From NCBI RefSeq assembly GCF_016432865.1, contig NC_067401.1, positions 11,904,001 through 11,968,000 on the forward strand: a DNA stretch of 64,000 nucleotides. Direction: 5' to 3'. Origin of the DNA: Antechinus flavipes. Taxonomy: Eukaryota. A program made the position numbers and the translations under genes. Shown here piece after piece: positions 23,181 to 35,417 of the stretch (positions are counted from its first letter, which is position 1; every line of letters begins with the position of its first letter). The notes under the pieces were generated by a model, which did no database searches, was not told the origin of the DNA, and saw only the letters and a list, made by a program, of their open reading frames with translations.

Positions 23181-24299
23181 TGTGCAAAACCTTTTTAATT
23201 CGAAGAAATAAACATCATAATGGATCTTGTCAATAAAAAATTATTTAAAAAAAGAAGAAAAAATCATAATGGATGGCGTTGTTGCGGTCTATTGATCTAT
23301 GATGATCCCTTCAAGAATTCTGCCAGTATTTGCCCGCCAATCTCTTCGGCTGTCATGCTCTCAACAGAGAAACTCTGTTAGCTTGATCTGCTCCCAGGGG
23401 GTGACTCAGACCATTGGTTTTTTCTGAAGCCCAGGGGATTATGGGACCAGAGAAGCCTGAATTTAGAGATGGAAGGGATTTTAGAGGCTTCCAAGTCCAC
23501 CCCCCAAGTAGAGTGACTTCAGGGACTCACTCCCCTCTCAAGATCATGCAGGCCACGGCATGACACCCAAAGGGCAATGCTGCTCGGTGGAAGGAGCCCT
23601 GGTTCTGAGAGTGCCGTGCCGGAGTTCATATCCTGGCTTTAGCTATGCTACAGCAGACAGCTCACTTCATGGCTCCACTATTTTGTTTGTTCTGGAAAAC
23701 GGAGGTAGAAATCCTTGTGGATCCGTGTGTTTTATAAGTTGTTCGAAGGAAATCTCTCTGTAGACCTTGAAACCACATGGAAATTCATTTATCATTAAGC
23801 TCAAAGTCTGTTCCCACACACATCAACTCACAAAAGGTACCAGCTGAGGGAAGTTCCATGTCTGCTGCCTTCTATCCTCTATACTCCCCAGAACTGTCAG
23901 AGTGGGTCTCCTAGAGCAGACTCTTGCCCTGTTCCACAGTTCCCATGGCTCCCTAGGGAGCAACACCGATCCCTCGGCCACCATTTGAAAACCCTTTACA
24001 ACTCGAGCTATCTTTTCCAACCCTTTTCTCATACTTCCCTTCTTAAGTATCTGTAATTTATCAGGCCAGTGGTTGGTTTTTATCTTAGCATGCAGTGTCC
24101 CCAGAGTCTCTTATCTTTGTAGGCTTCCCAACTGCCTGTAGGCAGTAGGTGCTCAGTAAATATTTATTGATCTCCCTCCACATGCCCTGTGCATTTTGCA
24201 AACCCTTTTTTTGCATCCTAGCATGTTGTCCCTTCACTATTTCTGCCTCTCAGGATCCTAAGCTCTCTCCAAGAATCAGTGTATATGTCATTTGATCAG

Positions 24300-24640
24300 C
24301 TGATGTTGTAACTTGTTTCAATCCTGTACTTCTTAGGGTTTTCTTGGCAAAGATATTGAAGTGATTAGCCATTTCCTTCTCCAGCTCATTTTACAGATGA
24401 GGAAACTGAGGCACACAGGGTAAAGTGACTTACCCAGGGTCACCCAGCTAGGAAAGTCTGAGGTTGGATTTGGTTTTTTTGTTTTGTTTTATTTTTTTCC
24501 TGAGGCAATGGGGTTAAATTTATTTGCCCAGGGTCACATAGTTAGGAAGTCTTAAGTGTTGGAGACCAGATGTGAACTCGGGTCCTCCTGACTTCAGGGC
24601 TGGTGCTCTATCTACTGTACCACCTAGCTGCCCCCCCCCA
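24300..24640 (-). mobile_element. Mar1-like SINE followed by WSINE1-like SINE
   Basis: 'gggttttcttggcaaagatatt...gccatttccttctccagctcattttacagatgaggaaactgagg' then poly-T + '...gtgctctatctactgtaccacctagctgcccc'. Confidence 0.8.
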
Positions 24641-25293
24641 GGTATTAATATGTTTGTGATTATTTTATGCGTCTATATCCATCGCCCTCCCCTCCCCTTC
24701 CTTAGAATGGAAGCTTGCTGAGGACAGCTTTTATTTTTTTTTTTTATGTTTTTATGTTTTAATTTTTGTCCGTATGTCTGGTGTCTAGCACACAGAGCCT
24801 GATGAGTAGCTGGAACAAAATTAAAACTTAAATTAAATTTAATTGTTTTTCCTGGTAGTAATAAGGAATCACAGAAGAAGAGGGAGATGGTATGATTTGT
24901 GTCTTGGGAAGATCAGTTTGGCAGCTGTGGAGCAAAGAGTTAGGGAAGAAGGCAGAGGTCAAAGAATAAATAACCTGAACTAGAAGAGTGGGCTGGATCC
25001 ATCAGCATGGAGGGTGGGACGGAACCCCAAGAGGGATATTGTGGAGGTAGAATCAACCATCAGAGGTTGGCAACCAACTAGCAGGAGGGTTGAAGGTGAA
25101 AGAAGAGACAAGTGGCTGATAAACCATTTTAGAACTGGAAGGGACTGTAGTTCAGCCACCACTGGTGATAGTTTCTAAGGGAAAAGCAGCCATGATTGGA
25201 GAAATTGGTTGGGGAAAAGATATTGCTTTCTGTTTTGGGGACATCCTAGCAGAGGAGATGGAAATCTGCCAATAAGCATCTGGGCTGCCACAT

Positions 25294-28200
25294 TTTTTTT
25301 AAAATAACTTTTTATTGACAGAACCCATGCCAGGGTAATTTTTTTACAGCATTATCCCTTGCACTCACTTCTGTTCCGATTTTTCCCCTCCCTCCCTCCA
25401 CCCCCTCCTCCAAATGGCAAGCAGTCTTATACATGTTAAATAGGTTACAGTATATCCTAGATACAATATATATGTGCAGAACCGAACAGTTTTCTTGTTA
25501 CACAGGGAGAATTGGATTCAGAAGGTAGAAATAACCCGAGAAGAAAAACAGAAATGCAAGCAGTTTATTTATATTCATTTCCCAGTGTCCTTTCTTTGGG
25601 TGTAGCTGCTTCTATCCATCCTTGATCAATTGAAACTGAATTAGCTCTCTTTATCGAAGAGATCCACTTCCATCAGAATACATCCTCAAACAGTATTGTT
25701 GTTGAGGTATATAATGATCTCCTGGTTCTGCTCATTTCACTCAGCATCAGTTCATGTAAGTCTCGCCAGTCCTCTCTGTATTCATCCTGCTGGTCATTTC
25801 TTACAGAACAATAATATTCCATAACGTTCATATACCACAATTTACTCAACCATTCTCCATTGATGGGCATCCATTCATTTTCCAGCTTTTGGCACATACA
25901 GGTCCCTTTCCCTTCTTTAGTATCTCTTCGGGGTATAAGCCCAGTAGAAACACTGCTGGATCAAAGGGGATGCACAGTTTGATAACTTTTTGAGCATAGT
26001 TCTAAATCACTCTCCAGAATGGCTGGATGTGTTCACAATTCCACCAACAATGTATCAGTGTCCCTCATGCCCTCCAACATTCCGCATTATCTTTCCCTGT
26101 CATTCTAGCCAATCTGACAGGTGTGTAGTGATATCTCAGAGTTATCTTAATTTGCATTTCTCTGATTAATAATGATTTGGAGCATATTTTCATATGTCTA
26201 TAAATAGTTTCAATTTCTTCATCTGAGAATTGTCTGTTCATATCCTTTGACCATTTATCAATTGGAGAATGGCTTGCTTTCTTATAAATTAGAGTCAGTT
26301 CTCTATATATTTTGGAAATGAGGCCTTTATCAGAACCTTTGACTGTAAAAATGTTTTCCCAGTTTATTGTTTCCCTTCTAATCTTGTCTGCATTTATTTT
26401 GTTTGTACAAAAACTTTTCAATTTGATATAATCAAAATTTTCTATTTTGTGGTCATTAGTTATCTCTAGTTCTTCTTTGGTCATAAATTCCTCCCTCTTC
26501 CACAGGTCTGAGAGGTAAATTATCCTATGCTCTTCCAATTTATTTATAATCTCATTCTTTTTTTTTCCCCCTCTGGCAGAATTATGTTTTACTCTGGAGT
26601 TCCAGAGATTCTTTTTTTTTTTATTTTAATATCTTTTTATTGATAAAACGCATGCCAGGGTAATTTTTTACAGCATTATCCCTTGCACTCACTTCTGTTC
26701 CGATTTTTCCCCTCCCTCCCTCCACCCCTTCCCCCAGATGGCAAGCAGTCCTTTACATGTTGAATAGGTTACAGTATATTCTGGATACAATATATGTGTG
26801 CAGAACCAAACAGTTTTCTTGTTGCACAGGGAGAATTGAATTTAGAAGGTGTAAATAATCCGGGAAGAAAAACAAAAATGCAAGCAGTTTATATTCATTT
26901 CCCAGTGTCCTTTCTTTGGGTGTAGCTGCTTCTATCCATCCTTGATCGATTGAAACTGAATTAGCTCTCTTTATCGAAGAGATCCACTTCCATCAGAATA
27001 CATCCTCAAACAGTATCGTTGTTGAGGTATATAATGATCTCCTGGTTCTGCTCATTTCACTCAGCATCAGTTCATGTAAGTCTCGCCAGTCCTCTCTGTA
27101 TTCATCCTGCTGGTCATTCCTTACAGAACAATAATATTCCATAACATTCATATACCACAATTTACTCAACCATTCTCCAATTGATGGACATCCATTCATT
27201 TTCCAGCTTCTAGCCACTACAAACAGGGCTGCCACAAACATTTTGGCACATACAGGTCCCTTTCCCTTCTTTAGTATCTCTTTGGGGTATAAGCCCAGTA
27301 GAAACACTGCTGGATCAAAGGGTATGCACAGTTTGATAACTTTTTGAGCATAGTTCCAAATTGCTCTCCAAAATGGCTGGATGTGTTCACAATTCCACCA
27401 ACAATGTATCAGTGTCCCTGTTTTCCCACATCCCCTCCAACATTCCCCATTATCTTTCCCTGTCATTCTAGCCAATCTGACAGGTGTGTAGTGGTATCTC
27501 AGAGTTGTCTTAATTTGCATTTCTCTGATTAATAATGATTTGGAGCATATTTTCATATGTCTATAAATAGTTTCAATTTCTTCATCTGAGAATTGTCTGT
27601 TCATATCCTTTGACCATTTATCAATTGGAGAATGGTTTGATTTCTTATAGATTAGAGTCAATTCTCTATATATTTTGGAAATGAGGCCTTTATCAGAACC
27701 TTTGATTGTAAAAATGTTTTCCCAGTTTATTGTTTCCCTTCTAATCTTGTTTGCATTTGTTTGTTTGTACAAAAACTTTTCAATTTGATATAATCAAAAT
27801 TTTCTATGTTGTGGTCAGTAGTGATCTCTAGTTCTTCTTTGGTCATAAATTCCTCCCTGTTCCACAGGTCTGCGAGGTAAACTATCCTATGCTCTTCCAA
27901 TTTATTTATAAATTCATTCTTTATGCCTAGGTCATGAACCCATTTTGACCTTATTTTGGTGTACGGTGTTAAGTGTGGGTCAATGCCTAGTTTCTGCCAT
28001 GCTGATTTCCAATTTTCCTAGCAATTTTTGTCAAATAATGTGTTCTTATCCCAAAAACTGGAGTCTTTGGGTTTGTCAAACACTAGATTATTAAAATTAT
28101 TGGCTGTTTTGTCCTTTGAAATGTTGGAGTTCAAATGTTGGAATTCTTGTTCTTCTCAAAACACAGCTGGTTTAGCTTAGAGCCCTCCGAATATCTCCAA

Positions 28201-28952
28201 ATCCAAAGGTTCTGTCCTTCAGCCTCTGCCTCTGCTTTCTTCTGCCTCCAACCAGCACAAAGATGGAATGAATCTCTTGTCTCCTTCACTTGGGGCTCGG
28301 CTAGCTTTCTGGTGAGTCTTTCAGACCAGCTTGGTCTCAGTGGGGGAAGTGCAGGAGCCCAGCCACCAACTCCTCTCCAATGCAGCTGAACTCTCTTCTG
28401 CGACCAGCCAGTCAAGTGGAAGCATTATCTGAGACATTTCCCTTGAAGTTAAGAGAAAGAACCAGTGGCAATGTTTATTCCAAGGTATTCCAGTTTGCCT
28501 GGGTACCCCAAAGTGATGCTCTGTGCTTGCCCATGCTTCTGGCTACCCACATATCCTTCATTCTTGACTTATTTTTGTTGTCTTTGTGTCTTTGTTCACC
28601 TATTTTCCCATTCCTGGAATACTCATTCTTTCTTCTCAGCCCTGCCTGTGAAGTACCCTTCCAGACGCAGGGCCCTGAAGACACTTCCTTCCCCTTTCCC
28701 AAATCTTTAATTTATAACTGTTGGAATTCAAATGTTGCCAAATCCAAGGGTTTTGTCCTTTAGCCTCTGCCTCTGCTTTCTTCAGCCTCCAACCAGCACA
28801 GAGATGGAATGAATCTCTTGTTTCCTTCACTTGGGGCTCGGCTAGCTTTTTGGTGAGTCTATTCCATTGATCAACTAGTCTATTTCTTAGCCAATACCAG
28901 ATGGTTTTAGTAACTGCTGCTTTATAATATAATTTTAGATCTGGTACAGCTA
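25294..28952 (-). mobile_element. composite young LINE-1 locus (two tandem 3' ends + captured patch) bounded by a TSD
   Basis: Direct repeat tgggctgccacat at 25281-25293 and 28953-28965. Copy A 25294-~26560, copy B 26612-28120, L1 resumes 28859-28952. ORFs 26065-26538 and 26993-27772 encode the L1 ORF2 C-terminus (IREMQIKTTLRYHYTPVR...CWRGCGKTGTLIHCWW). Confidence 0.9.
28121..28858 (-). mobile_element. patch with two partial LTR-like copies inserted in L1 ORF2
   Basis: A ~120-bp block (ccaaatcca...ggtgagtct) occurs at ~28197-28320 and ~28739-28860, each preceded by tgttgga(g/a)ttcaaatgttg, which reads ...CCAACA (LTR-type 3' end) on the minus strand. Confidence 0.6.
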
Positions 28953-30742
28953 TGGGCTGCCACATCTTTGGCAAGACCCAGTGTTTCCCTTTGCATGAGA
29001 CTTTCCAGGGCTGAGATCCTTGGGTTCACCTTCTAAGCTTGAGTTTTTTCCCCGCAGTCTTTGGGGTGGCCAGTGGAGAAGCTTACAGTGAAATAAATCT
29101 GTAAAATACTCCCATAAGCAGAAGTAGGCATTGTTTGAGCAGTCTTCAGGTTCAAAAGAGTGAGTTTGTTTTTTTAAGGCTGGAGGGTACTGAAGAGATT
29201 TTGTATCAAAACATTTTTGGCTAGATAGGCCCAGGCCAGAGAAAGCACAGTGTTAGGTTTGGGTACAGGGGATCATTGAACCAGTGGCTTTACTCAAATC
29301 GATGTAAATAAAATCAACCTGGACAAGTTGAGGAGGTTGAATCAGGAGAGGCCTTGGTGTGAAAAATCTGTGGGCTGTTATACTTGGCTGTGTCTCCTAG
29401 TGGGCAAGCAGGGCCAAAGCACATTGCTGAATCTAAGAAAGGGCTTTGGGGGCCGAGCCAATAGCTGCAATATGCCTCTCATTCTGGGGATGACTGATTT
29501 TGGGGGACCCTTAAAGAACTGCAGAATTGTAGAAGAGCAGGAAGATGGCGGTTGGCAGGTGCTCCAAAGGAGAAAGGTCTTGTTTGCCTGCTGCTCTCTG
29601 TAGGTTGGGTTAGATTCTGGAACCTGCCTTGTGAGCCCCGGAAACCAGGACAAGTTTGTGTAGAACAAACTGTACCCAACTCAACACAGATCCTTTTTAG
29701 ATACTAGAGAAGGAGCCTGGGGTAATCTAAGATGTCTGGCTTCCAAAATGAAGGTATCATAATGCAGCCATCTTCTACCAAGTTAAAATGGTAGCCATTG
29801 TGACCCGGTAGAAACCAAACTTGGAGTTGCTGACTTCAGGGGGGATCCTCCGCTTCTTTTTGCCTGTAGGACATTGAAGAGGTTGGCTTCGAATGACCTC
29901 TGAGATCCCCTCCCACGATCCTGTGTGGCCATTGAATGCTTGTACCTCAGTTATAAATTTACTATATTGTGTTTCACATTGTAATTGTTCATATTTATTG
30001 TGTATCAGCCCTATTAGACTTAAAATCTTCAGGTGGAAAGCTGCTATACTTTCCTTGTATCTCTCTTAGTATCTGGCTCATAGTGTGGTAACTAAGGGTT
30101 TTTTTAGATTGAATTGGTTCCAGTCCCATAGAGAAATTTCACACTAGATGCTCTATTACAAATGGCTTAGGAACCAACTGCTTGGATGAGTATTGGAAGA
30201 GCATGGCAGGAGGCCCATGACTGGTGTGCTCCAAGCTTCTGGGATCAGTGGTTCTGGTCATCAAGGACATCAACTGACAGGCAAGGTAGTATAGTTGAAA
30301 AGGTCTTTAGAGATCTGGATTCAAATCCTGCCTTCAGTATTAACTAGCTGTGTGATTTGGGGCAAGTTCCTTGGTCTCAATGGTTTCCCTATACAATGCG
30401 GGTCCGAGCTAGATGTACTTGAGAGCTCGTGAGGTTGAGCAACTTAATTTGTGGAAGAGCTTTACAAACTATGGGAATATCAGCTGTTGTCATGGAGATG
30501 TGGACATGCTCATTATTTGTCAAATAATGAGACCGGGGTCCAAAAAGACTCTTGCAGGTGGCTCAGGCTCAGAACCGTTTGGGGTACTTTCTATAGCCAG
30601 CACAAACTAGGGAGGGTCACCATATTATGGTGTGAGAAAAACTCAGGGGTCTCAGTGGATGGCAAGCTCAGGGAGTAGCAGTGTGATCCGGTCACTCCCA
30701 AAGCTCTTTCTTTCTAAGACAATTCAGTAATGCATCAGTCCT

Positions 30743-31172
30743 GAAAGGGACAGAAAAGCTTGAAGATACTGAAAGAAATCCTCTTATCTGGCCTTTCTCG
30801 AAGGGTTCCTTGGCTTGATTGGAGGCAGGAATGACATGGGAAAGGTTCTGGAGCAGCCTTTCACACGAGGGCCTGGGCTGACACCCCGGACTAGGACAGC
30901 CTCTTGATCCCCACACACTTGAGTTAGGGATCAGCCTCTCCAAACAGGGATAACCTGAACCTCCTCACAGCAGGGTCAGCCCTGACGTGTCTTAGGTATG
31001 TGGCCTCAGCATTGCAGGGAGAGGTAGGCCATAATGGTCTTGGGTTCTTGCTTCAGGGTGTCTAGAGCAGCTTAAAGTTTAGAGATGTTGGGGTGATTCT
31101 AGCTGTTTTCGAGGGATGGGAAGGGGTCAGGGACAAAGGAGATCCCTCTCCCCTGAGGAAGTGGCTGGGCCT
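30743..31172. repeat. inverted repeat, left arm
   Basis: Reverse complement of 32233-32668; the paired ORFs 30692-30943(-) and 32468-32692(+) share 56 of their first 67 aa. Confidence 0.9.
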
Positions 31173-31499
31173 GAACAAGGAGAGTCATCCAGATGCCTGT
31201 GACAGGTCCAGAGAAGAAGGGAGGCCCTGGGAATCATTATACATGCAAAAGTTTGTGCTCTGTCCAGGTCAATGAGTGGATCTTCCATGGATTCTTTAGA
31301 TGGCCAGGATGTCCAATGGATTCAAAACCATGGCTTCTATGGGCTGAAGGAATGGCGGTTAATTAACTTAAAGGGAAGAAATATAACATTTCCTAGTTGT
31401 GTGACCCTGGGAAAGTCGCTTAACCCCAATTTTACCTCAGCAAAAAATTAAAATAAAAAAATAAAATAAAGGGAGGAAATATGAGGAGACAAAGGAGAG

Positions 31500-31760
31500 A
31501 CTTAAGGAGACATAACAGTTGGTTTTGAATATTGGAAAGCCTTCAGAAGCTTAAGGTTATTCTCTATGGTTCCAAAGGGCAGAATTAGGAACAGTTCGAT
31601 GGAAGTTTTAGAGAATTGGGTTTCTTCTTAGTGTCGGAAGGACTTGCTAACAGAATTGGAAAATGCTTTGTTAGTGAGTTCCCCATCACTGGAGATGCAA
31701 AAGCTGTTTTGTTGGTGATGGTAGAAAAAAGCAATTTGTGCTTCAGGTAGAGATTTTACT
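31500..31760 (+). mobile_element. L3/CR1 3' fragment
   Basis: 'tctctatggttccaaagggcagaattagg...gtgagttccccatcactggag' is the typical L3 3' end. Confidence 0.6.
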
Positions 31761-32232
31761 ACTAAATCATGAATAAAAGAAAATTCATACTAGGACTAAA
31801 AACCAGGAGCTACCTTAATGGGCTGCCAGAGGTACTTGACCCTTAAAGCACACATCAGCTCAAAGGAAAGAGGAACAACAGACTTTCAGGCAATGCTGAT
31901 CAAGGAATATTCCATGGTCAGTACAACTTCATCTAGTCCCAGGGCTTCCCAAAAGACACTCTAACATGCATAGCCACCTGTTTGTTATTTACGGGGCCGC
32001 TTCATTGCTCCAGCCTTATCCGTGAGTACTTCCACCGAGGGGAATGCAAGGAACACAGATACAGGGAAATTTGTGCTCCTTGCTGGTAATCCCGAAGGAG
32101 TGTTTGTCGGAAGAAGAATGGAAATACTTGGCTTTAGCAAAGTTGGGGATTAACGGTGAATTTCAGCTGTCAAGACCACTGTGATCTGATACTGTGACTG
32201 AGTCCAGCACAATTATTTCTGCCAGTCTTGGG

Positions 32233-32668
32233 AGGCCCAGCCACTTCCTCAGGGGAGGGGGATCTCCTTTGTCTGTGATCCCTTCCCATCCCTCGAGAAC
32301 AGCTGGAATCACCCCAACACCTGAACATCTAATCTTTAAGCTGCTCTAGACACCCTGAAGCAGGAACCCAGGATCATTATGGCCTAATCTTCCTGCAATA
32401 CCTGAGGCCACATACCCAAGACACATCAGGGCTGACCCTGCTGTGAGGGGGTTCGGGTTATCCCTGTTTGGAGAGGCTGGTCCCTAACCCAAGTGTGTGG
32501 AGATCAAGAGGCTGTCCTTGTCCAGGGCGTCAGTCCAGGCCCTCATGTGAAATGTGGCTCCAGAACCTTTCCCATGTCATTCCTGCCTCCAATCAAGCCA
32601 AGGAACCCTTCAAAAAAGGCCAAATAAGAGGATTTCTTTCAGCATCATCAAGCTTTTCTGCCCCTTTC
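32233..32668. repeat. inverted repeat, right arm
   Basis: Reverse complement of 30743-31172, including a 55-bp perfect match (30800-30854 vs 32557-32611). Confidence 0.9.
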
Positions 32669-33199
32669 TGTCTTAGGCAGAATGATCCCTGAATGTCATT
32701 TTTCCAAATAAAAAGTAGATCCTGTTTGAGACGGGGCAGGAGTGAAAGCTCAGCATCTTATTTCCAGATCCCAAACCATAACTAGGAATGGGGAGGGATG
32801 CGTGGAAAGAAGAGCTTCTGAGAGGAAATTGTCCCCCGGCTTCAGAATATATAATCTTCAACCCTCTTGTGATGAGGGCATGGCTTCAGAGCTATTTCTG
32901 CCTATGGAGGGAAAAGGGTACCAGAGAAATGGGGAACTTTACCCTCTGGTTCTAGTTTGCCCCCCTTACCTTTCATACTTTCTCTAGTTTGTCCAAATTG
33001 TATGTGGCAAGATTAGTCCAAGACCCTGTTTTTTTTTCTGTCCCTGAAATTCTGAAGATCAGTGAGCGATTTGGGCTTGTAGAAGGAGCATCATTTAAGG
33101 ATTTCTGCTTACTTGTTGCCACACAATCTGAACAAACAATTTCAATTCTGAATTGATTAAGAAGTGTGAGCCTCCATCAGCTGCTAGATTTCCATCTAT

Positions 33200-33720
33200 T
33201 TATTTCAATGATAATTGACATTGATCAGATGCTTTAAGGTTTGCTAAGCAACTTATGTTATCTCATTCGAGCCTCATAGCCACCTTGGAAGGTAATAGTA
33301 CAATTATTATCATCCCCGTTTTACAGGTGGGGAAACTGAGGTTCAATGATCAATTAGCTAATTGCTCAACTAATGGCGATGAAGGGAGCTTCAAGTCTCC
33401 CCTGATTCCAAGATCCAACTCACTTTCCTCCGTGCCAAGTAGATTCTCTGATAATAGATCAAATGTTAGGGTTCTTTAAGAGAACCCAAAATGCTGGAGA
33501 GGCCATGTGCCAGAGGATCTCCTGAATTCGGACATCAGAAGATTTACATTAGAATTCCTGCCCTGTTTCTTGTTGTGTGACTGTAAACAGGTCACGGCTT
33601 CCAACTTCTCATTTTGAAAAGGAAGCTCACCCACCCACCCATATGGTTGTTACAAGACAAAGTGAGGTCAGATATTAGAAATGCTTTGTTAACTCTAATG
33701 TCCTCCGAGGACGTTATTGT
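33200..33720. mobile_element. two MIR fragments in opposite orientation
   Basis: 'atccccgttttacaggtggggaaactgagg' (antisense core) and a sense MIR-like stretch at ~33480-33720. Confidence 0.55.
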
Positions 33721-34059
33721 GATCGCCATCGCTGATTGAGCCTCCATCCTTTAAAAGTTTACAAATCTAATTTGTCTGGTTCCTCATTGATAGCCATCTG
33801 GAGCTGATTGTTGGGTACCTCAGATAGACCGACCACGCCTTATGTCCCTGGCCCCTTCCCTTCCATTATGGAAACATAATCAAATGAATCCTGCCAGTAA
33901 GCTACAAAGCATCACACGTGGCTCGACTCGCCATCCTTTCTTGGCCTTCATACCATATCTAATTTGTCATCTCCAAATGGAAGGTGTCAACAGACGATCA
34001 CAATTTTACAAAACTTGGGCTTCTTCATTGCTACTCATATGAAAAAAATGCTCTGAATC

Positions 34060-34925
34060 ACTAAATTCAAATAACTCTAAGGTACCATCTTATGTCTCAG
34101 ATAGCTAAGATATCAGGAAAAGATAATGGTAAATGTTGAATGGTTTGCAGGGAAAACTGGAACACTGATGCATTGTTGGTGGAGTTGTGAATGAATCCAG
34201 CCATTCTGGAGAGTGATTTGGAACTATGTATCAAATGGTATAGCCTTTGATCCAGCTGTGTTTCTTTCTATTGCATCTGTATACAAAGAGATCATAAAAG
34301 AGGGAAAGGGGACCACATGTGCAAAAATTTTTGTGGTTGCAAAGAACTGGAAACTGAATGGATGCCCCTCAGTTGGGGAACAGCTGAACAAGTTCTGGTA
34401 TATGAATGTTATGGAATATTATTTTTCTGTAAGAAACGATCAGCAGGGGGATTTCAGAGAGGCCTGGAGAGACAGACAGGAACTGATATTGAGTGAAATG
34501 AGCAGGACCAGGAGATCCTTGTACACGGCAACAAGATTATGTGATGATCAATTCTGATGGACGTGGCTCTCTTCAACAATGAAATGATTCGGGCCAGTTC
34601 CAATAGATTCGGAATGGAGAGAGCCGTCTGCATCCAGAGAGAGGAGCATGGGGACTGAAAGTGAATCACAACATAATAGTTTCACTTTTTTTGTTGTTGT
34701 CACTTTTTTTCTTTCTCTTTTTCCTTTTTGATCTGATTTTTTTCTTGTGTAGCTTGATAGTTGTGGGAATATATAGAACTGTACATGTTTAACAGATATT
34801 GGATTTCTTGGTATCTAGGGGAGGGAGCTCAGGAAAAGGGAGGTAGAAATTTTTGGAACATAAGGGTTAACAAGTGTGAATTAAATTATTTTTGTATGTA
34901 TTTTGAAAATAAAAAGCTATTAGTA
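34060..34925 (+). mobile_element. LINE-1 3' end
   Basis: ORF 34213-34557 'FDPAV...CAKIFVVAKNWKLNGCPSVGE..WYMNVMEYY' is the L1 ORF2 C-terminus; 3'UTR and A-rich tail follow. Confidence 0.9.
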
Positions 34926-35277
34926 AAAAAACTAGGCTTAATTTTTTTTAGTAAATAGTCATTTCATTTTTTCAATTACATATGAATATTTTTATAAGAT
35001 TTTGAGTTCCAAATTGTTCTTCCTTCCTCCCCACGTCCCTTCCCCAAGACAGCAAACAATCTGATGTAGTTATACATGTGCAATCATGGAAAACTTAAAA
35101 TTTATTGCGAGAGAAATGAACAGGCATGTGGAGCCCAAGGAGTTCACCATCCATACAGAAATTAACATTTTTATAAAAGCTCGACTAAGGAAGGAGGTGC
35201 TGGGAATCTCACCTAAAATGCTGTAGCATGAGAGGGAAGGGTAAAGTAAAGGTGGGAAAAGGACAAGAAGCCTCCCA

Positions 35278-35417
35278 GGAGGCAGCTAGGTGGTGCAGTG
35301 GATAGAGCACCAGCCCTGAACTCAGAGGACTTGAGTTCAAATTTGATCTCAGACACTTAATACGTCTTGGTTGTGTGACCTTGGGCAAGTCACTTACCCC
35401 CAGTTGCCTCAGAAAAA
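35278..35417 (+). mobile_element. WSINE1-like SINE
   Basis: 'ggcagctaggtggtgcagtggatagagcaccagccctg...gagttcaaat...ttgggcaagtcactt...gcctcagaaaaa'. Confidence 0.85.

Noticed and set aside
27226-27236. L1-internal gggctgccaca matches 11 bp of the flanking TSD and falls in the segment deleted from copy A
   Set aside because: No mechanism links it to the insertion; treated as coincidence.
28460-28520. Minus-strand FGVPRQTGIPWN, faintly like the betaretroviral integrase motif TGIPYN
   Set aside because: Too short, with no flanking integrase similarity.
31960-32230. Exon-like stretch in the inverted-repeat spacer (…KECLSEEEWKYL…), KRAB-like at a glance
   Set aside because: Lacks the KRAB-A consensus, has weak splice signals and contains in-frame stops.
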